Positions 43,128-52,769 are shown, counted from the first letter of the stretch. The stretch: 56,568 bases of DNA from Geobacter sp. (GCA_031396605.1 JANNLB010000155.1:1-56568), one strand, 5' to 3'. Notes: generated by a model not told the origin, from the letters alone. A program made the numbers and translations.

Positions 43128-44507
43128 ATGAGAACGCGAATCAAGGAAATTCTTGAACCGGGGACCGGGGCGGAACTCTGCTCTTTTTCAGGATGGGTCC
43201 GGTCGGTCAGGTCGTCAAAAGAGATCTGTTTTATTGTGCTCAACGACGGATCGACTGTTGATGGTATCCAGGTAGTGGCAGATTCTACTCTGCCGAATTT
43301 CAGCCATGTCTGCCGCATTGGAACCGGAGCGGCCCTTACCGTGGCCGGCGCTCTTGTTGAATCTCCGGCGTCCGGCCAAAAATGGGAATTAGCGGCAAAA
43401 TCAATAGAAATTATCGGCGGATCCGATGACAGCTATCCCCTTCAGAAAAAACGGCACTCATTCGAATACCTGCGCACCATCTCGCATCTGCGTCCCCGCA
43501 CAAATACCTTTGGGGCGGTGTTTCGCCTTCGGTCACGACTGGCACAGGCGGTTCATCGATTTTTTTCAGAACAAAACTTCCTGTACGTCCATACGCCCAT
43601 CATTACAGCCAGCGACTGCGAAGGCGCCGGCGAACTGTTTCGCGTAAGTACGCTCGATGCGGCAGACCCACCCACTCTGGATGGGCAGCCGGATTTCAAC
43701 CAGGATTTCTTTGGTCAGAAAACCGGACTGACCGTCAGCGGCCAGCTTGAAGGGGAGCTGTTTGCCCTTGCTTTTGGCGATATATACACGTTTGGTCCGA
43801 CGTTCCGGGCAGAAAACTCCAACACCGCCCGGCATGCCTCCGAGTTCTGGATGATCGAACCGGAGATGGCGTTTGCAACGCTGGACGACGATGCCGATCT
43901 GGCGGAAGAATTTATCCGGTATCTCTGCCGTTTTGCTCTCGAAGAGTGTGCCGATGAAATGGCCTTCTTTGACAAGCACATTGAAAACGGTCTGATTGAG
44001 CGTATCCGCAGTGTAGCGGAGGCTGATTTTGTCAGGATGGAATATGCGGACGCGATTGAGCGCTTGCAGCGATCCGGCGCCTCATTTGCCTATCCGGTGG
44101 AGTGGGGGCTTGATCTGCAGACCGAACACGAACGCTATATCACCGAGCAGATTGTGGGCGGTCCGGCTTTTATCATCAACTATCCCAAGGACATCAAGGC
44201 TTTCTACATGAGGCAGAATGACGATGGCCGTACTGTAGCCGCCATGGATCTGCTGGTTCCCAAGGTGGGTGAGATTATCGGCGGCAGCCAGCGCGAGGAG
44301 CGGCTGGATCGTCTGGAATTACGGATGACTGAGATGGGGATTGCCCGCGAACCGCTCTGGTGGTATCTGGACAGCCGCCGCTGGGGTAGCTGCACTCATG
44401 CAGGTTTCGGGCTCGGTTTCGAGCGGTTGGTCATGTATCTGTCCGGGATGGAAAACATCCGCGATGTGATCCCCTTTCCGCGCACGCCGCGGCACTGCGA
44501 GTTTTGA
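43128..44507 (+). CDS. asnS: Asparagine--tRNA ligase
   Basis: ATG 43128 follows GGAGA. The class IIb motifs are FRAENSNTARHASEFWMIEPE and GFGLGFERL. Confidence 0.9.
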   Translation: MRTRIKEILEPGTGAELCSFSGWVRSVRSSKEICFIVLNDGSTVDGIQVVADSTLPNFSHVCRIGTGAALTVAGALVESPASGQKWELAAKSIEIIGGSDDSYPLQKKRHSFEYLRTISHLRPRTNTFGAVFRLRSRLAQAVHRFFSEQNFLYVHTPIITASDCEGAGELFRVSTLDAADPPTLDGQPDFNQDFFGQKTGLTVSGQLEGELFALAFGDIYTFGPTFRAENSNTARHASEFWMIEPEMAFATLDDDADLAEEFIRYLCRFALEECADEMAFFDKHIENGLIERIRSVAEADFVRMEYADAIERLQRSGASFAYPVEWGLDLQTEHERYITEQIVGGPAFIINYPKDIKAFYMRQNDDGRTVAAMDLLVPKVGEIIGGSQREERLDRLELRMTEMGIAREPLWWYLDSRRWGSCTHAGFGLGFERLVMYLSGMENIRDVIPFPRTPRHCEF

Positions 44508-44551
44508 ATAATATCCATTGACGATAATATCTGTACGGGATAATATTGCTT

Positions 44552-44833
44552 ATGATAAAAACCTTCAAATGCAAGGAAACCGAAAAACTCTTTCGTGGTC
44601 AATTCTCCACGAAATTGCCGCAGGCCATTCAGCGAGCGGCGGCAATCAAGCTTGCTATTCTGAGTGCAGTCAGCATGATTGAGACTCTGCGCGTTCCGCC
44701 TTCCAACCACTTGGAGGCTTTGCATCATGACAGAGAAGGGCAATGCAGCATAAGGATTAACAAACAATGGCGAATCTGCTTTATATGGCATGGCACTGAT
44801 GCCTATGACGTTGAGATCGTTGATTATCATTGA
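44552..44833 (+). CDS. higB: HigB-like toxin (plasmid maintenance system killer family)
   Basis: MIKTFKCKETEKLF...QWRICFIWHGTDAYDVEIVDYH matches the family. Confidence 0.8.
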   Translation: MIKTFKCKETEKLFRGQFSTKLPQAIQRAAAIKLAILSAVSMIETLRVPPSNHLEALHHDREGQCSIRINKQWRICFIWHGTDAYDVEIVDYH

Positions 44834-44844
44834 GAGGTAATAGT

Positions 44845-45150
44845 ATGACAAAACGCGATTTCCCCCCTATCCACCCCGGAGAAATTCTTTTGGCAGAATT
44901 TTTAGAGCCGATGCAAATCACCCAGTATCGCCTAGCAAAGGATATTGGTGTAACCCCACGGCGTATAAATGAAATTGTACATGGTCGGCGGGCAATTACT
45001 GCAGACACTGCGCTCCGTCTCGGGCGGTTTTTTAACATGGAAACCCAATTCTGGCTCAATCTTCAGACCCATTATGATCTCGAAGTGGCGCTTGAAATCC
45101 TTCAAGACCGTCTGGATAAGGAAGTTCATCCTTTGCCTCTTGCAGCTTAA
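44845..45150 (+). CDS. higA: HigA antitoxin (XRE-family HTH)
   Basis: HPGEILLAEFLEPMQITQYRLAKDIGVTPRRINEIVHGRRAITADTALRL matches the family. Confidence 0.8.
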   Translation: MTKRDFPPIHPGEILLAEFLEPMQITQYRLAKDIGVTPRRINEIVHGRRAITADTALRLGRFFNMETQFWLNLQTHYDLEVALEILQDRLDKEVHPLPLAA

Positions 45151-45206
45151 ATCTTCTCTCTTGTTACCAAACGACCGCATATGAGAAGTAAATAGGAGTA
45201 AGCTCC

Positions 45207-46511
45207 ATGATCCGATTGTTCACAATCACCCTGTTCGCCTCCCTACTCCTACCTTTATCTGCCTTCGCAGAAATCAAGACTATCAATCACACCTTGAAAC
45301 AACCGTTCGGCGGCAGCCAGTCCCCTGATGATGCTCGAACCGCCGGTATAGCCAGGGCAAAGCGCGAAGCCCTTGAACAGTTCGGCACCTACATTGAGAG
45401 CGCGACCGTTGTCAAAAATGCGCAAGTTGACAGCGATGAGATACTGGCCCTGACCGCCGGGGTTACCAAGGCCGAGGTGATCAAACAGAAGAACTACGCT
45501 GATGGTGATGCCTTCGGCATAGAAATAACCGTCAAGGTGGAGTTGGATACGGCGGTGCTTGAAAGTAGCCTGAAGAGATTGCTTGAGGACCGAAACCATC
45601 TGAAGGACTTGAAGGCGGCTCGTGAGCGTGAGAGGAAGCTTCTGGCACGTATTGCGGAGCTTGAGAAGCAAAATAGGCAGAAGGGAAAAACCAAGCAGGA
45701 AACAGCGAAATTGAAGAAGGAGTTCCAAGCAGCCAGCCAGGGGCTAACTGCGGTGGAGTGGTTTGATAAGGCTGTTGCCCTGTCGGACGGGAAGAAATAT
45801 TCCGATCCGAAAAAGGCGGTTGAATACCTCACCCAAGCGATCCGCCTTGATACGAATGATGCATTAGGATATCTCCTTCGGGGTGGTGCATATTACGAGC
45901 TCAAGCGGTTTGATCGTGCCATAGTAGACTTTGACCATTCTATCCATCTTGATCCGAATTTTGCATCGACCTACAAATTCCGGGGGCATGCATATGCCTA
46001 TCTCAATCAGTTTGATCGCGCCATAGCAGATTATGACCAGGCAATCGGCCTTGATCCGAATGATGAAAAGACATACTTCAACCGGGGAATGGCATGTTAC
46101 GAGCTAAAGCAGTTTGATCGCGCCATAGTAGACTTTGACCGAGCTATCCGCCTTGATCCGAATTATACAGCGGCATACGGCAATCGGGGAATTATATATG
46201 CCGAGCTCAAGCAGTTTAGTCGCGCCATTGCAGACTTTGACCAAGTTATCCGTCTTGAACCGAATGATGCAAAAGCATTCTACAATCGGGGACTTGCCTA
46301 TAACGAGCTCAAACAATTTGATCGAGCTATAGCAGACTATGTCCAGGCTATCGGCCTTGATCCGAATGATACGAATGCATACATCCTCCGGGAACTTTCA
46401 TATAGGCAGTTATACAAAACCCAAGACGGCTGTGTAGATCTTGAAAAAACCTGCAAATTGGGAGTTTGCAACGAAGATGATACTGCACGGCAAGAAAAGT
46501 ATTGCAGGTAG
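45207..46511 (+). CDS. Secreted TPR-repeat protein with an LPP20-like N-terminal domain and a coiled coil
   Basis: It has a signal peptide and six or so 34-aa TPR units with recurring FDRAIADYDQAIGLDPN. Confidence 0.8.
   Translation: MIRLFTITLFASLLLPLSAFAEIKTINHTLKQPFGGSQSPDDARTAGIARAKREALEQFGTYIESATVVKNAQVDSDEILALTAGVTKAEVIKQKNYADGDAFGIEITVKVELDTAVLESSLKRLLEDRNHLKDLKAARERERKLLARIAELEKQNRQKGKTKQETAKLKKEFQAASQGLTAVEWFDKAVALSDGKKYSDPKKAVEYLTQAIRLDTNDALGYLLRGGAYYELKRFDRAIVDFDHSIHLDPNFASTYKFRGHAYAYLNQFDRAIADYDQAIGLDPNDEKTYFNRGMACYELKQFDRAIVDFDRAIRLDPNYTAAYGNRGIIYAELKQFSRAIADFDQVIRLEPNDAKAFYNRGLAYNELKQFDRAIADYVQAIGLDPNDTNAYILRELSYRQLYKTQDGCVDLEKTCKLGVCNEDDTARQEKYCR
45815..46395 (+). repeat. Tandem 102-bp (34-codon) TPR-coding repeats
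   Basis: Nucleotide-level recurrence of CAGTTTGATCGCGCCATAG.AGA.T.TGACC...CTTGATCCGAAT. Confidence 0.8.
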
Positions 46512-46522
46512 AGAGGATCTAT

Positions 46523-46927
46523 ATGCTTATTACACATGGTGGCCGCAAAGCAAAACGCTTTGAATGGTTATTTCGTAACGGCATCGTCAAAATCAAGAAC
46601 GAGAAGGGACGACAAGAGGAATACTCTCTCGATGAAATACTTGCCGTCCTTAGTTGGCTGACGGACAGATTCGGCGCTGCCTGGTTCCCATTGGCCAACA
46701 ATGTTGTTAAGCTTTATCACGACGAAGAAGCTGACGGGCTTGGCGTTGCAATCCTACAACAACGACGCCCCAAAAACATAAGCCATGCGCAGGGATCATC
46801 CTACTTGGGCGTAGTTCTGGAGCATGCAGGAATATTGGAATGGAACAACAGAAAGAGGGGAATAGAATGGCGCATCATCCGTCAAACCCGGACTCTTGAT
46901 GAACTCAGAAAAGTCATAGCCGGGTAG
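46523..46927 (+). CDS. Hypothetical protein
   Basis: ATG 46523 follows GAGAGG; the ORF track starts at TTG 46502. No family recognised. Confidence 0.5.
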   Translation: MLITHGGRKAKRFEWLFRNGIVKIKNEKGRQEEYSLDEILAVLSWLTDRFGAAWFPLANNVVKLYHDEEADGLGVAILQQRRPKNISHAQGSSYLGVVLEHAGILEWNNRKRGIEWRIIRQTRTLDELRKVIAG

Positions 46928-46988
46928 GGTGGGCATGGCTTCATCATGCCCACGCGGAACAATGCGAAAAACGGCAACGCTGTTGAAA
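46924..46988 (+). repeat. REP-like element, copy A (GTAGGGTGGGCATG...CATGCCCAC...GCAACGCTGTTGAAA)
   Basis: About 58 of 65 nt are identical to 48238-48302. It contains a perfect 9-bp hairpin, GTGGGCATG/CATGCCCAC. Confidence 0.75.
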
Positions 46989-47017
46989 CATTCATCGGTG
47001 AGGAGAGGAGACCAATA

Positions 47018-47344
47018 ATGGCAATAAAAGATAACGACTTACTGCTTGCCAGAAAGCTTAAAGAACGGGTCGCAAAGATCGCGCCACTTGTTGACTTTCG
47101 AGTATTCGGTTCGCGGGGGCGGGGTGATGCAACCTGGGATTCTGATCTGGATGTGTTCATTGAATTTGAGACCGTGACTAAATCAATTGAGGAACAGGTA
47201 TCCGAGGCTGCTTGGGAGATTGGATTCTATAACGACTGTATCGTCATCTGCCCGCTGGTTTTCAGCCGCTATGAGATTGAAGAATCGTCGATGAGGATTT
47301 CATCCATAGTCAAAGTGATTCTTGAAGAGGGGGTGCAAGTATGA
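47018..47344 (+). CDS. Nucleotidyltransferase-domain antitoxin (MNT of an MNT/HEPN pair)
   Basis: ATG 47018 follows AGGAGAGGAG. The NTase motif is FGSRGRGDATWDSDLDVFIEF. Confidence 0.8.
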   Translation: MAIKDNDLLLARKLKERVAKIAPLVDFRVFGSRGRGDATWDSDLDVFIEFETVTKSIEEQVSEAAWEIGFYNDCIVICPLVFSRYEIEESSMRISSIVKVILEEGVQV

Positions 47345-47592
47345 CAAACACGGAAACTCTCTTTACTTATCGATTGAGGCAGGCTGATGAAACCCTTCAA
47401 GACATTGATAACCTGTCTGTCGGGCTTGGCTCAAATCCCACCCTTCGTACCATGAGCGAGCTGCATCTTCCCTGGCTGAATTTTTCTTGTAAGCAGTTTG
47501 CTGGTCAGGTACTATATTCTTACCAAATCTTACATGAGGTGCCACATGGAAACTACACTCCTGTCAAGCAAGGGGCAGGTAATTATTCCTAA
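47341..47592 (+). pseudogene. Truncated/degenerate HEPN-domain toxin
   Basis: It has a 4-nt overlap with MNT. Only the first 25 or so residues (LFTYRLRQADETLQDIDNL) look HEPN-like. The rest is unrelated and overlaps the next gene's start. Confidence 0.4.
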
Positions 47593-47806
47593 AACTATAC
47601 GCTCTAACCATCACTGGAGGCCGGGTACCCGTTTTGTGGTTGAAGATGTGCAAGGCGGGGTACTGCTCAAACCATTAAACTGTTTTGCTGCTACCGATCT
47701 GCAGAGCGGTCTGGGGTGCGTCGGCTATAAAGGTGTGGCAATTAGCCTGGAGGAGATGCAGGCGGCGATTGATGATGAAATGGCGCGTGCCTGGCGTAAG
47801 GAGTAA
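47546..47806 (+). CDS. AbrB/MazE/SpoVT-family antitoxin
   Basis: METTLLSSKGQVIIPKTIRSNHHWRPGTRFVVEDVQGGVLLKPL matches the family. Confidence 0.75.
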   Translation: METTLLSSKGQVIIPKTIRSNHHWRPGTRFVVEDVQGGVLLKPLNCFAATDLQSGLGCVGYKGVAISLEEMQAAIDDEMARAWRKE

Positions 47807-47811
47807 CTACG

Positions 47812-48210
47812 ATGGTTACTCTTGATACCAATGTCTGGGTGCGCTACCTGACAAACGATGACGAGCTTCAGGCTCGTCGAGCTTTGAAGCTTCTGGAACA
47901 GTCTGATTCCGTCTTTCTGCCCAAAACGGTGCTGCTTGAACTGGAGTGGGTATTGCGGGCGGCATATCGGGTGAAACCGGCCGATATACACCGATCGTTA
48001 TTGCATATCCTGGGGCTGCCGATGGTGATTGCCGAATCTGCCGGACAGGTTGCCGCAGCACTTGATTTTTTTGCTCAGGGGTATGATTTTGCTGATGCAC
48101 TACACCTTGTCAGTAGTGATACCGTGAATGCCGTCTATACTTTTGACGAACAGTTCGTCCGTAAAGGGAAAAATGCGGTGCCACCGGTCAAGGGTGTACC
48201 AGGGAAATAA
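47812..48210 (+). CDS. vapC: PIN-domain toxin (VapC-like)
   Basis: VTLDTNVWVRYL is the first PIN acidic residue context. The gene is 132 aa, the usual size. Confidence 0.8.
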   Translation: MVTLDTNVWVRYLTNDDELQARRALKLLEQSDSVFLPKTVLLELEWVLRAAYRVKPADIHRSLLHILGLPMVIAESAGQVAAALDFFAQGYDFADALHLVSSDTVNAVYTFDEQFVRKGKNAVPPVKGVPGK

Positions 48211-48237
48211 CAAATATGTGGGCTTGAATGGAGTCAG

Positions 48238-48302
48238 TTAGGTTGGGCATTGATTCATCATACCCAAGCGGAACAATGCGAAAAACTGCAACGCTGTTGA
48301 AA
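48238..48302 (+). repeat. REP-like element, copy B
   Basis: It is a direct repeat of 46924-46988. The outermost pair of the hairpin stem changes in a compensatory way (G-C in A, T-A in B). It is followed by a second GTGGGCA/TGCCCAC hairpin at about 48318-48342. Confidence 0.75.
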
Positions 48303-48436
48303 TCGACAACAAAAAATGGTGGGCATTAAAACTCTGCCCACTATGATGGCTTGGCTGTGAAACTATTCGAATATATTGACTCTCGCAATCACATCCTATA
48401 AACTATTCTATGGTAAACAATAGAAAGGTGGTCAAA

Positions 48437-48697
48437 ATGACAGTTTTAGCGCGGCAGGCAAATTTTATGCTTCCCGATGATCTTCTGAATGATCTGAAGC
48501 AACTGGTTGGTCAGCGTCAGCAAAGCCGCTTTGTCGCTGAAGCGCTTCGCAAGGAACTGCAGCGTGAAAAGATGAAAATTGCCTTGAAGACAAGTTTTGG
48601 TGCATGGAAAGACGAAGACCATCCTGAGCTGCAGGGCGGCGTTGATCACTATGTTAGAAACCAGCGGAGATCTACCAGAGTGGAACGCAACGCATGA
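48437..48697 (+). CDS. Ribbon-helix-helix (CopG/VapB-like) antitoxin
   Basis: ATG 48437 follows AAAGGTGG. ANFMLPDDLLNDLKQLVGQRQQSRFVAEALRKEL matches the family. It overlaps the PIN gene by 4 nt. Confidence 0.65.
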   Translation: MTVLARQANFMLPDDLLNDLKQLVGQRQQSRFVAEALRKELQREKMKIALKTSFGAWKDEDHPELQGGVDHYVRNQRRSTRVERNA

Positions 48698-49074
48698 GCA
48701 GCTTGCTTCTGGATACTGATATTCTCATCAACCTGTTGCGAGGCAATGTTGCTGCGCGGGATTTTATCGCAAACAATCTGGAAGAAAACGAACTGCTCTG
48801 TTCCGTGATTTCTGTTGCTGAAATTTGGGCTGGTATGCGTCCGCATGAGGAACTGGCGACAAGGAGGCTGGTGGATTCGCTCAAAATTGTTGATGTAAAT
48901 CAGACTATGGCAATGAAAGCCGGCAGCTTTAAAGGAGCAACCAAAAGCCATTCCCTTGAACTGGATGATTGCATGATTGCCGCAACAGCTTTTTGCACGG
49001 GGGCGACTCTCGCAACAGGCAATGGCAAGCATTATCCTATGAAGGATCTACTTACGATTGTGGTGAAAATGTAA
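48694..49074 (+). CDS. vapC: PIN-domain toxin (VapC-like)
   Basis: LLLDTDILINLLRG and LDDCMIAATA are PIN acidic residue contexts. Confidence 0.8.
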   Translation: MSSLLLDTDILINLLRGNVAARDFIANNLEENELLCSVISVAEIWAGMRPHEELATRRLVDSLKIVDVNQTMAMKAGSFKGATKSHSLELDDCMIAATAFCTGATLATGNGKHYPMKDLLTIVVKM

Positions 49075-49106
49075 GGGTGACACCAATAAACCCCTCCCCA
49101 TAACTT

Positions 49107-49388
49107 ATGCATATCTTCTGCCTGGAAATCCATCTCTCCCTAACATCCCACTCACTCAAAGAGAAGCGCGGCATCGTCAAAAGCATCCTGGGACGGGCAA
49201 AGAACCGTTTCAATGTAGCTTGCGCCGAGGTTGATCGTCAGGATAATGCTATGGTGGGAGTCCTTGCTTTTGTTACCGTCAGCCCGGATAAAAACATTCC
49301 GCGGCAGGCGCTGGAACGGGTAGAAGAGTGGATCTACGAGGGATGGCCTGACGTTGAAATAACTGCTGCGGATATCTCCGAAATCTGA
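49107..49388 (+). CDS. DUF503 (YlxP-like) protein
   Basis: LEIHLSLTSHSLKEKRGIVKSILGRAKNRFNVACAEVD matches the family. Confidence 0.75.
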   Translation: MHIFCLEIHLSLTSHSLKEKRGIVKSILGRAKNRFNVACAEVDRQDNAMVGVLAFVTVSPDKNIPRQALERVEEWIYEGWPDVEITAADISEI

Positions 49389-49571
49389 GGAACGCACCTC
49401 ACGATCACGACGATAAACCTTGAAACTATTACCGGCTTCAGTGTATAAATATCTCTTGTCCAAGCGTCACCTGCAACATCCCGATATTTGAATATAACCT
49501 GTTGTAGTTCCTCTGCTTACTGCCGGTAATCTCTTCCGGCGCACCATTAACCCGAAATTCCTGGAGCCTGT

Positions 49572-50342
49572 GTGAAAATCTGTTCGCTGGCGAGCGGCAG
49601 CAAGGGTAACTGTCTCTACCTCGAGACCGGGGAGACCCGCATTCTGATAGATGTCGGCCTGTCGTTGCGTGAAACGCTGCTGCGTATGGATGAGGTCGGA
49701 ATCGATGCATCACGTATCCATGCGGTGCTGGTCACGCATGAGCATATCGACCACATCCGGAGCGCCGGCTCTTTCGGGCGCAAGTTCAATGTGCCGGTCT
49801 TTGCCAGCCATCTGGTTCGCGCCAAAGCCGATAAATATTTCAAGAAGAGTCAGGTCTGCGAGTTTGAATCAGGCTCGGCACTCACCTTCAGGGATGTCCG
49901 GATCGATCCGGTGCCGATTACCCATGACAGTTGCGATCCGGTCGGCTTCGTGATCGAATCCCGTGAGGGGCGCGCTGCTTCCGTTACCGATTTTGGCATC
50001 GTCACGCGCCTGGTAACTGAAAAACTGCGCGGCTGCCGCTTTCTTAATCTGGAGTCGAATCACGATGTTGACATGCTTATGAACGGCCCATATCCGTGGG
50101 AGTTGAAACAGCGCATCAAGTCCCGTCACGGCCATATCTCCAACGAGGAGTCACTGGAACTGCTGCATGAACTTGCTCATGAAGGGCTGGAAGCCTTGGT
50201 AATGGCGCATCTTTCCGAGGTGAACAACCATCCGGAACATGTGCTGAGAACCACACGGGCTTTTTTAAGTGACCAGAATATCTGTGCGCCGCGGGTTGTC
50301 ATCGGTGATCAGTACCGCGCCAGTGCGGTTATGGAAATATAG
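49572..50342 (+). CDS. MBL-fold metallo-hydrolase
   Basis: GTG start. The metal-binding motif is LVTHEHIDHI. Confidence 0.8.
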   Translation: MKICSLASGSKGNCLYLETGETRILIDVGLSLRETLLRMDEVGIDASRIHAVLVTHEHIDHIRSAGSFGRKFNVPVFASHLVRAKADKYFKKSQVCEFESGSALTFRDVRIDPVPITHDSCDPVGFVIESREGRAASVTDFGIVTRLVTEKLRGCRFLNLESNHDVDMLMNGPYPWELKQRIKSRHGHISNEESLELLHELAHEGLEALVMAHLSEVNNHPEHVLRTTRAFLSDQNICAPRVVIGDQYRASAVMEI

Positions 50343-50374
50343 CATTACGTACAAATAAAACCAGGAGTTCTTAC

Positions 50375-51670
50375 ATGATTGAACGCTATTCCCGCCCCGA
50401 AATGACCCATATATGGACCGCTGAAAACCGCTTTCGCATCTGGCTCGAAATCGAGACTCTGGCTTGCGAAGCTCAGGCTGAACTGGGGGTCATCCCCAAG
50501 GAGGTTGTGCCGGTTATTCGCGCCAAGGGAGATTTTGATATCGCCCGGATCGACGCCATCGAGGCCGAGGTCAAGCATGACGTGATCGCCTTTCTGACAT
50601 CGGTCGCCGAATACGTCGGGCCGGAAGCCCGTTTTATCCATCAGGGCATGACATCGTCCGATGTCCTTGATACCTGCCTGTCGGTGCAGCTTGTTCAGGC
50701 CGCCGATGAACTGTTGGCCGATCTGGACATTTTACTGGGGTCGATCAGGGAGCGCGCTTTCGAGCATAAGGATTCGGTCTGCATCGGTCGTTCTCATGGG
50801 ATTCATGCCGAACCGGTGACCTTCGGACTCAAGCTGGCCTCTTTTTATGCCGAGATGCAGCGTAACCGGGTCCGTCTGCTCGCAGCCCGCGAGAACATCG
50901 GAACCGGCGCCATTTCCGGAGCTGTGGGCACGTTCGCCAATATAGATCCCTATGTCGAAGAATACGTCTGCACAAAAATGGGGCTCAAGCCTGAGCCGGT
51001 CTCTACCCAGATCATCCCGCGCGACCGACATGCCGAGTTTTTCTGCACCTTGGCAATTATTGCATCGTCCATAGAGCGTATCGCCGTGGAGATCCGTCAT
51101 CTGCAGCGCACGGAGGTTCTGGAGGCGGAAGAATTTTTCAGCAAGGGACAGAAAGGCTCCTCGGCCATGCCGCACAAGCGGAACCCGATCCTGGCCGAGA
51201 ACCTGACCGGACAGGCCCGCTATATCCGCTCACTCTGCATCCCTGCCCTTGAAAACGTGGCTTTGTGGCATGAACGGGATATTTCTCACTCATCGGTTGA
51301 ACGTTATATCGCGCCGGATGCGACCGTGGCGCTCGACTTTTCTCTGCGGCGCCTTAACGGCCTGATCAAGAATCTGGTCGTCTACCCGGATAATATGCTG
51401 AGAAACTTGAACCAGATGAAAGGTCTTGTTTTTTCGCAGAAGATCCTGCTTGACCTGACTCAGGCCGGGGTATCGCGTGAAGAGTCATACAGTATGGTAC
51501 AGCGTAATGCGATGAAGGTCTGGGAGCAGGGTGCGGACTTTCAGGCGGAACTGCTGGCAGACAAGGAAGTTGTCGGGGCGCTCGGAGAAGCTAAAATCCG
51601 CGAGTCCTTCGATCTCTCCTACCATCTGAAACATGTGAACACAATATTCAAGCGGGTGTTTGGTGAATAG
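50375..51670 (+). CDS. purB: Adenylosuccinate lyase
   Basis: The fumarate-lyase signature is SSAMPHKRNP. The N-terminus MIERYSRPEM is typical of PurB. Confidence 0.92.
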   Translation: MIERYSRPEMTHIWTAENRFRIWLEIETLACEAQAELGVIPKEVVPVIRAKGDFDIARIDAIEAEVKHDVIAFLTSVAEYVGPEARFIHQGMTSSDVLDTCLSVQLVQAADELLADLDILLGSIRERAFEHKDSVCIGRSHGIHAEPVTFGLKLASFYAEMQRNRVRLLAARENIGTGAISGAVGTFANIDPYVEEYVCTKMGLKPEPVSTQIIPRDRHAEFFCTLAIIASSIERIAVEIRHLQRTEVLEAEEFFSKGQKGSSAMPHKRNPILAENLTGQARYIRSLCIPALENVALWHERDISHSSVERYIAPDATVALDFSLRRLNGLIKNLVVYPDNMLRNLNQMKGLVFSQKILLDLTQAGVSREESYSMVQRNAMKVWEQGADFQAELLADKEVVGALGEAKIRESFDLSYHLKHVNTIFKRVFGE

Positions 51671-52769
51671 ATTCCTCGAATTCATACTGGGGTTCCTCCA
51701 GACCCAGGAGGCGGACAGCCTCCTGCTGTTCTGGGCCAAAGAGATCCTGGGGGCACTGCTGATTCTGGCTCTGTTCTGGGTTCTGTCGCATCTGGTCGTC
51801 ATGGTGCTGAACAAATGGGGGAAGCGCCTGTCAGCTTTCACCTCAACCGATCTGGACGATCGTGTCCTGCAGCGGGTGATTCCGTACGTGTCACGACTTT
51901 TCGTGGTGCTGGGCGTTTATCTGGCCATCCGCTCGCTGCCGCTGCACGAGAAGCTGGTCATGATCGTCTCCGGTATTATCTATGTCATCCTGGTGGTGAT
52001 CGTATGTAACCTGATCTACCATGTTCTTGATGAACTGCTGAAATGGTATGTTGCCAGTCAACAGGATACAGTCGGGGCTGTCATGTCGCGCCAGCTGACC
52101 CCGATGGCTGAAAAGATAGTATCCCTGTTTCTGATGGGTGCCGCTCTGATCGTGATACTCAAGCATTTCAATTACGATATTTTTTCACTTGTTACCGCCC
52201 TCGGTATCGGATCGCTGGCGATAGGCATGGCTGCCAAGGATACGCTGGCCCACATGATATCCGGCTTTACCATCATGCTGGATCGCCCGTTTCGCATCGG
52301 CGACCGCATCCAGCTGGTCGGCGGCCAGATCGGGGATGTGGCGGATATCGGCCTGCGGAGCACCAAGATCAGGACACCGGATAACCAGCTGCTGATTGTC
52401 CCCAATTCAGACCTTTGTAACACCATGCTGACAAACCAGGCCTTTCCCAACAGCCGGGCCAAAGGAAGCATCAACATCGGCGTGGCATACGGCAGCGATG
52501 TCGATCTGGTAAAGCAGCTGTTGGTAGCCACCGCCGGCGAAGTTGAGGATGTCCTGACCGACCCTCCCCCCGAAGCCTTTTTTGTCAGCTTTGGCGATTC
52601 CGCCCTCAAAATGACGCTTTTCTTCTGGGTTGAGGAGTACGGTACTTTGTTTGCCGTTACGGATAAAATCAATTCTCTTATTCTCAAAAGGTTTAGCGAG
52701 CACTCTATCGAAATTCCGTTCCCGACCAGGACGGTGAAAATGCACAAGGGAACAGACTGTCATGGCTAA
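51660..52769 (+). CDS. Mechanosensitive ion channel (MscS family)
   Basis: TM helices are followed by FRIGDRIQLVGGQIGDVADIGLRSTKIRTPDNQLLIVPNS. Confidence 0.8.
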   Translation: MVNRFLEFILGFLQTQEADSLLLFWAKEILGALLILALFWVLSHLVVMVLNKWGKRLSAFTSTDLDDRVLQRVIPYVSRLFVVLGVYLAIRSLPLHEKLVMIVSGIIYVILVVIVCNLIYHVLDELLKWYVASQQDTVGAVMSRQLTPMAEKIVSLFLMGAALIVILKHFNYDIFSLVTALGIGSLAIGMAAKDTLAHMISGFTIMLDRPFRIGDRIQLVGGQIGDVADIGLRSTKIRTPDNQLLIVPNSDLCNTMLTNQAFPNSRAKGSINIGVAYGSDVDLVKQLLVATAGEVEDVLTDPPPEAFFVSFGDSALKMTLFFWVEEYGTLFAVTDKINSLILKRFSEHSIEIPFPTRTVKMHKGTDCHG

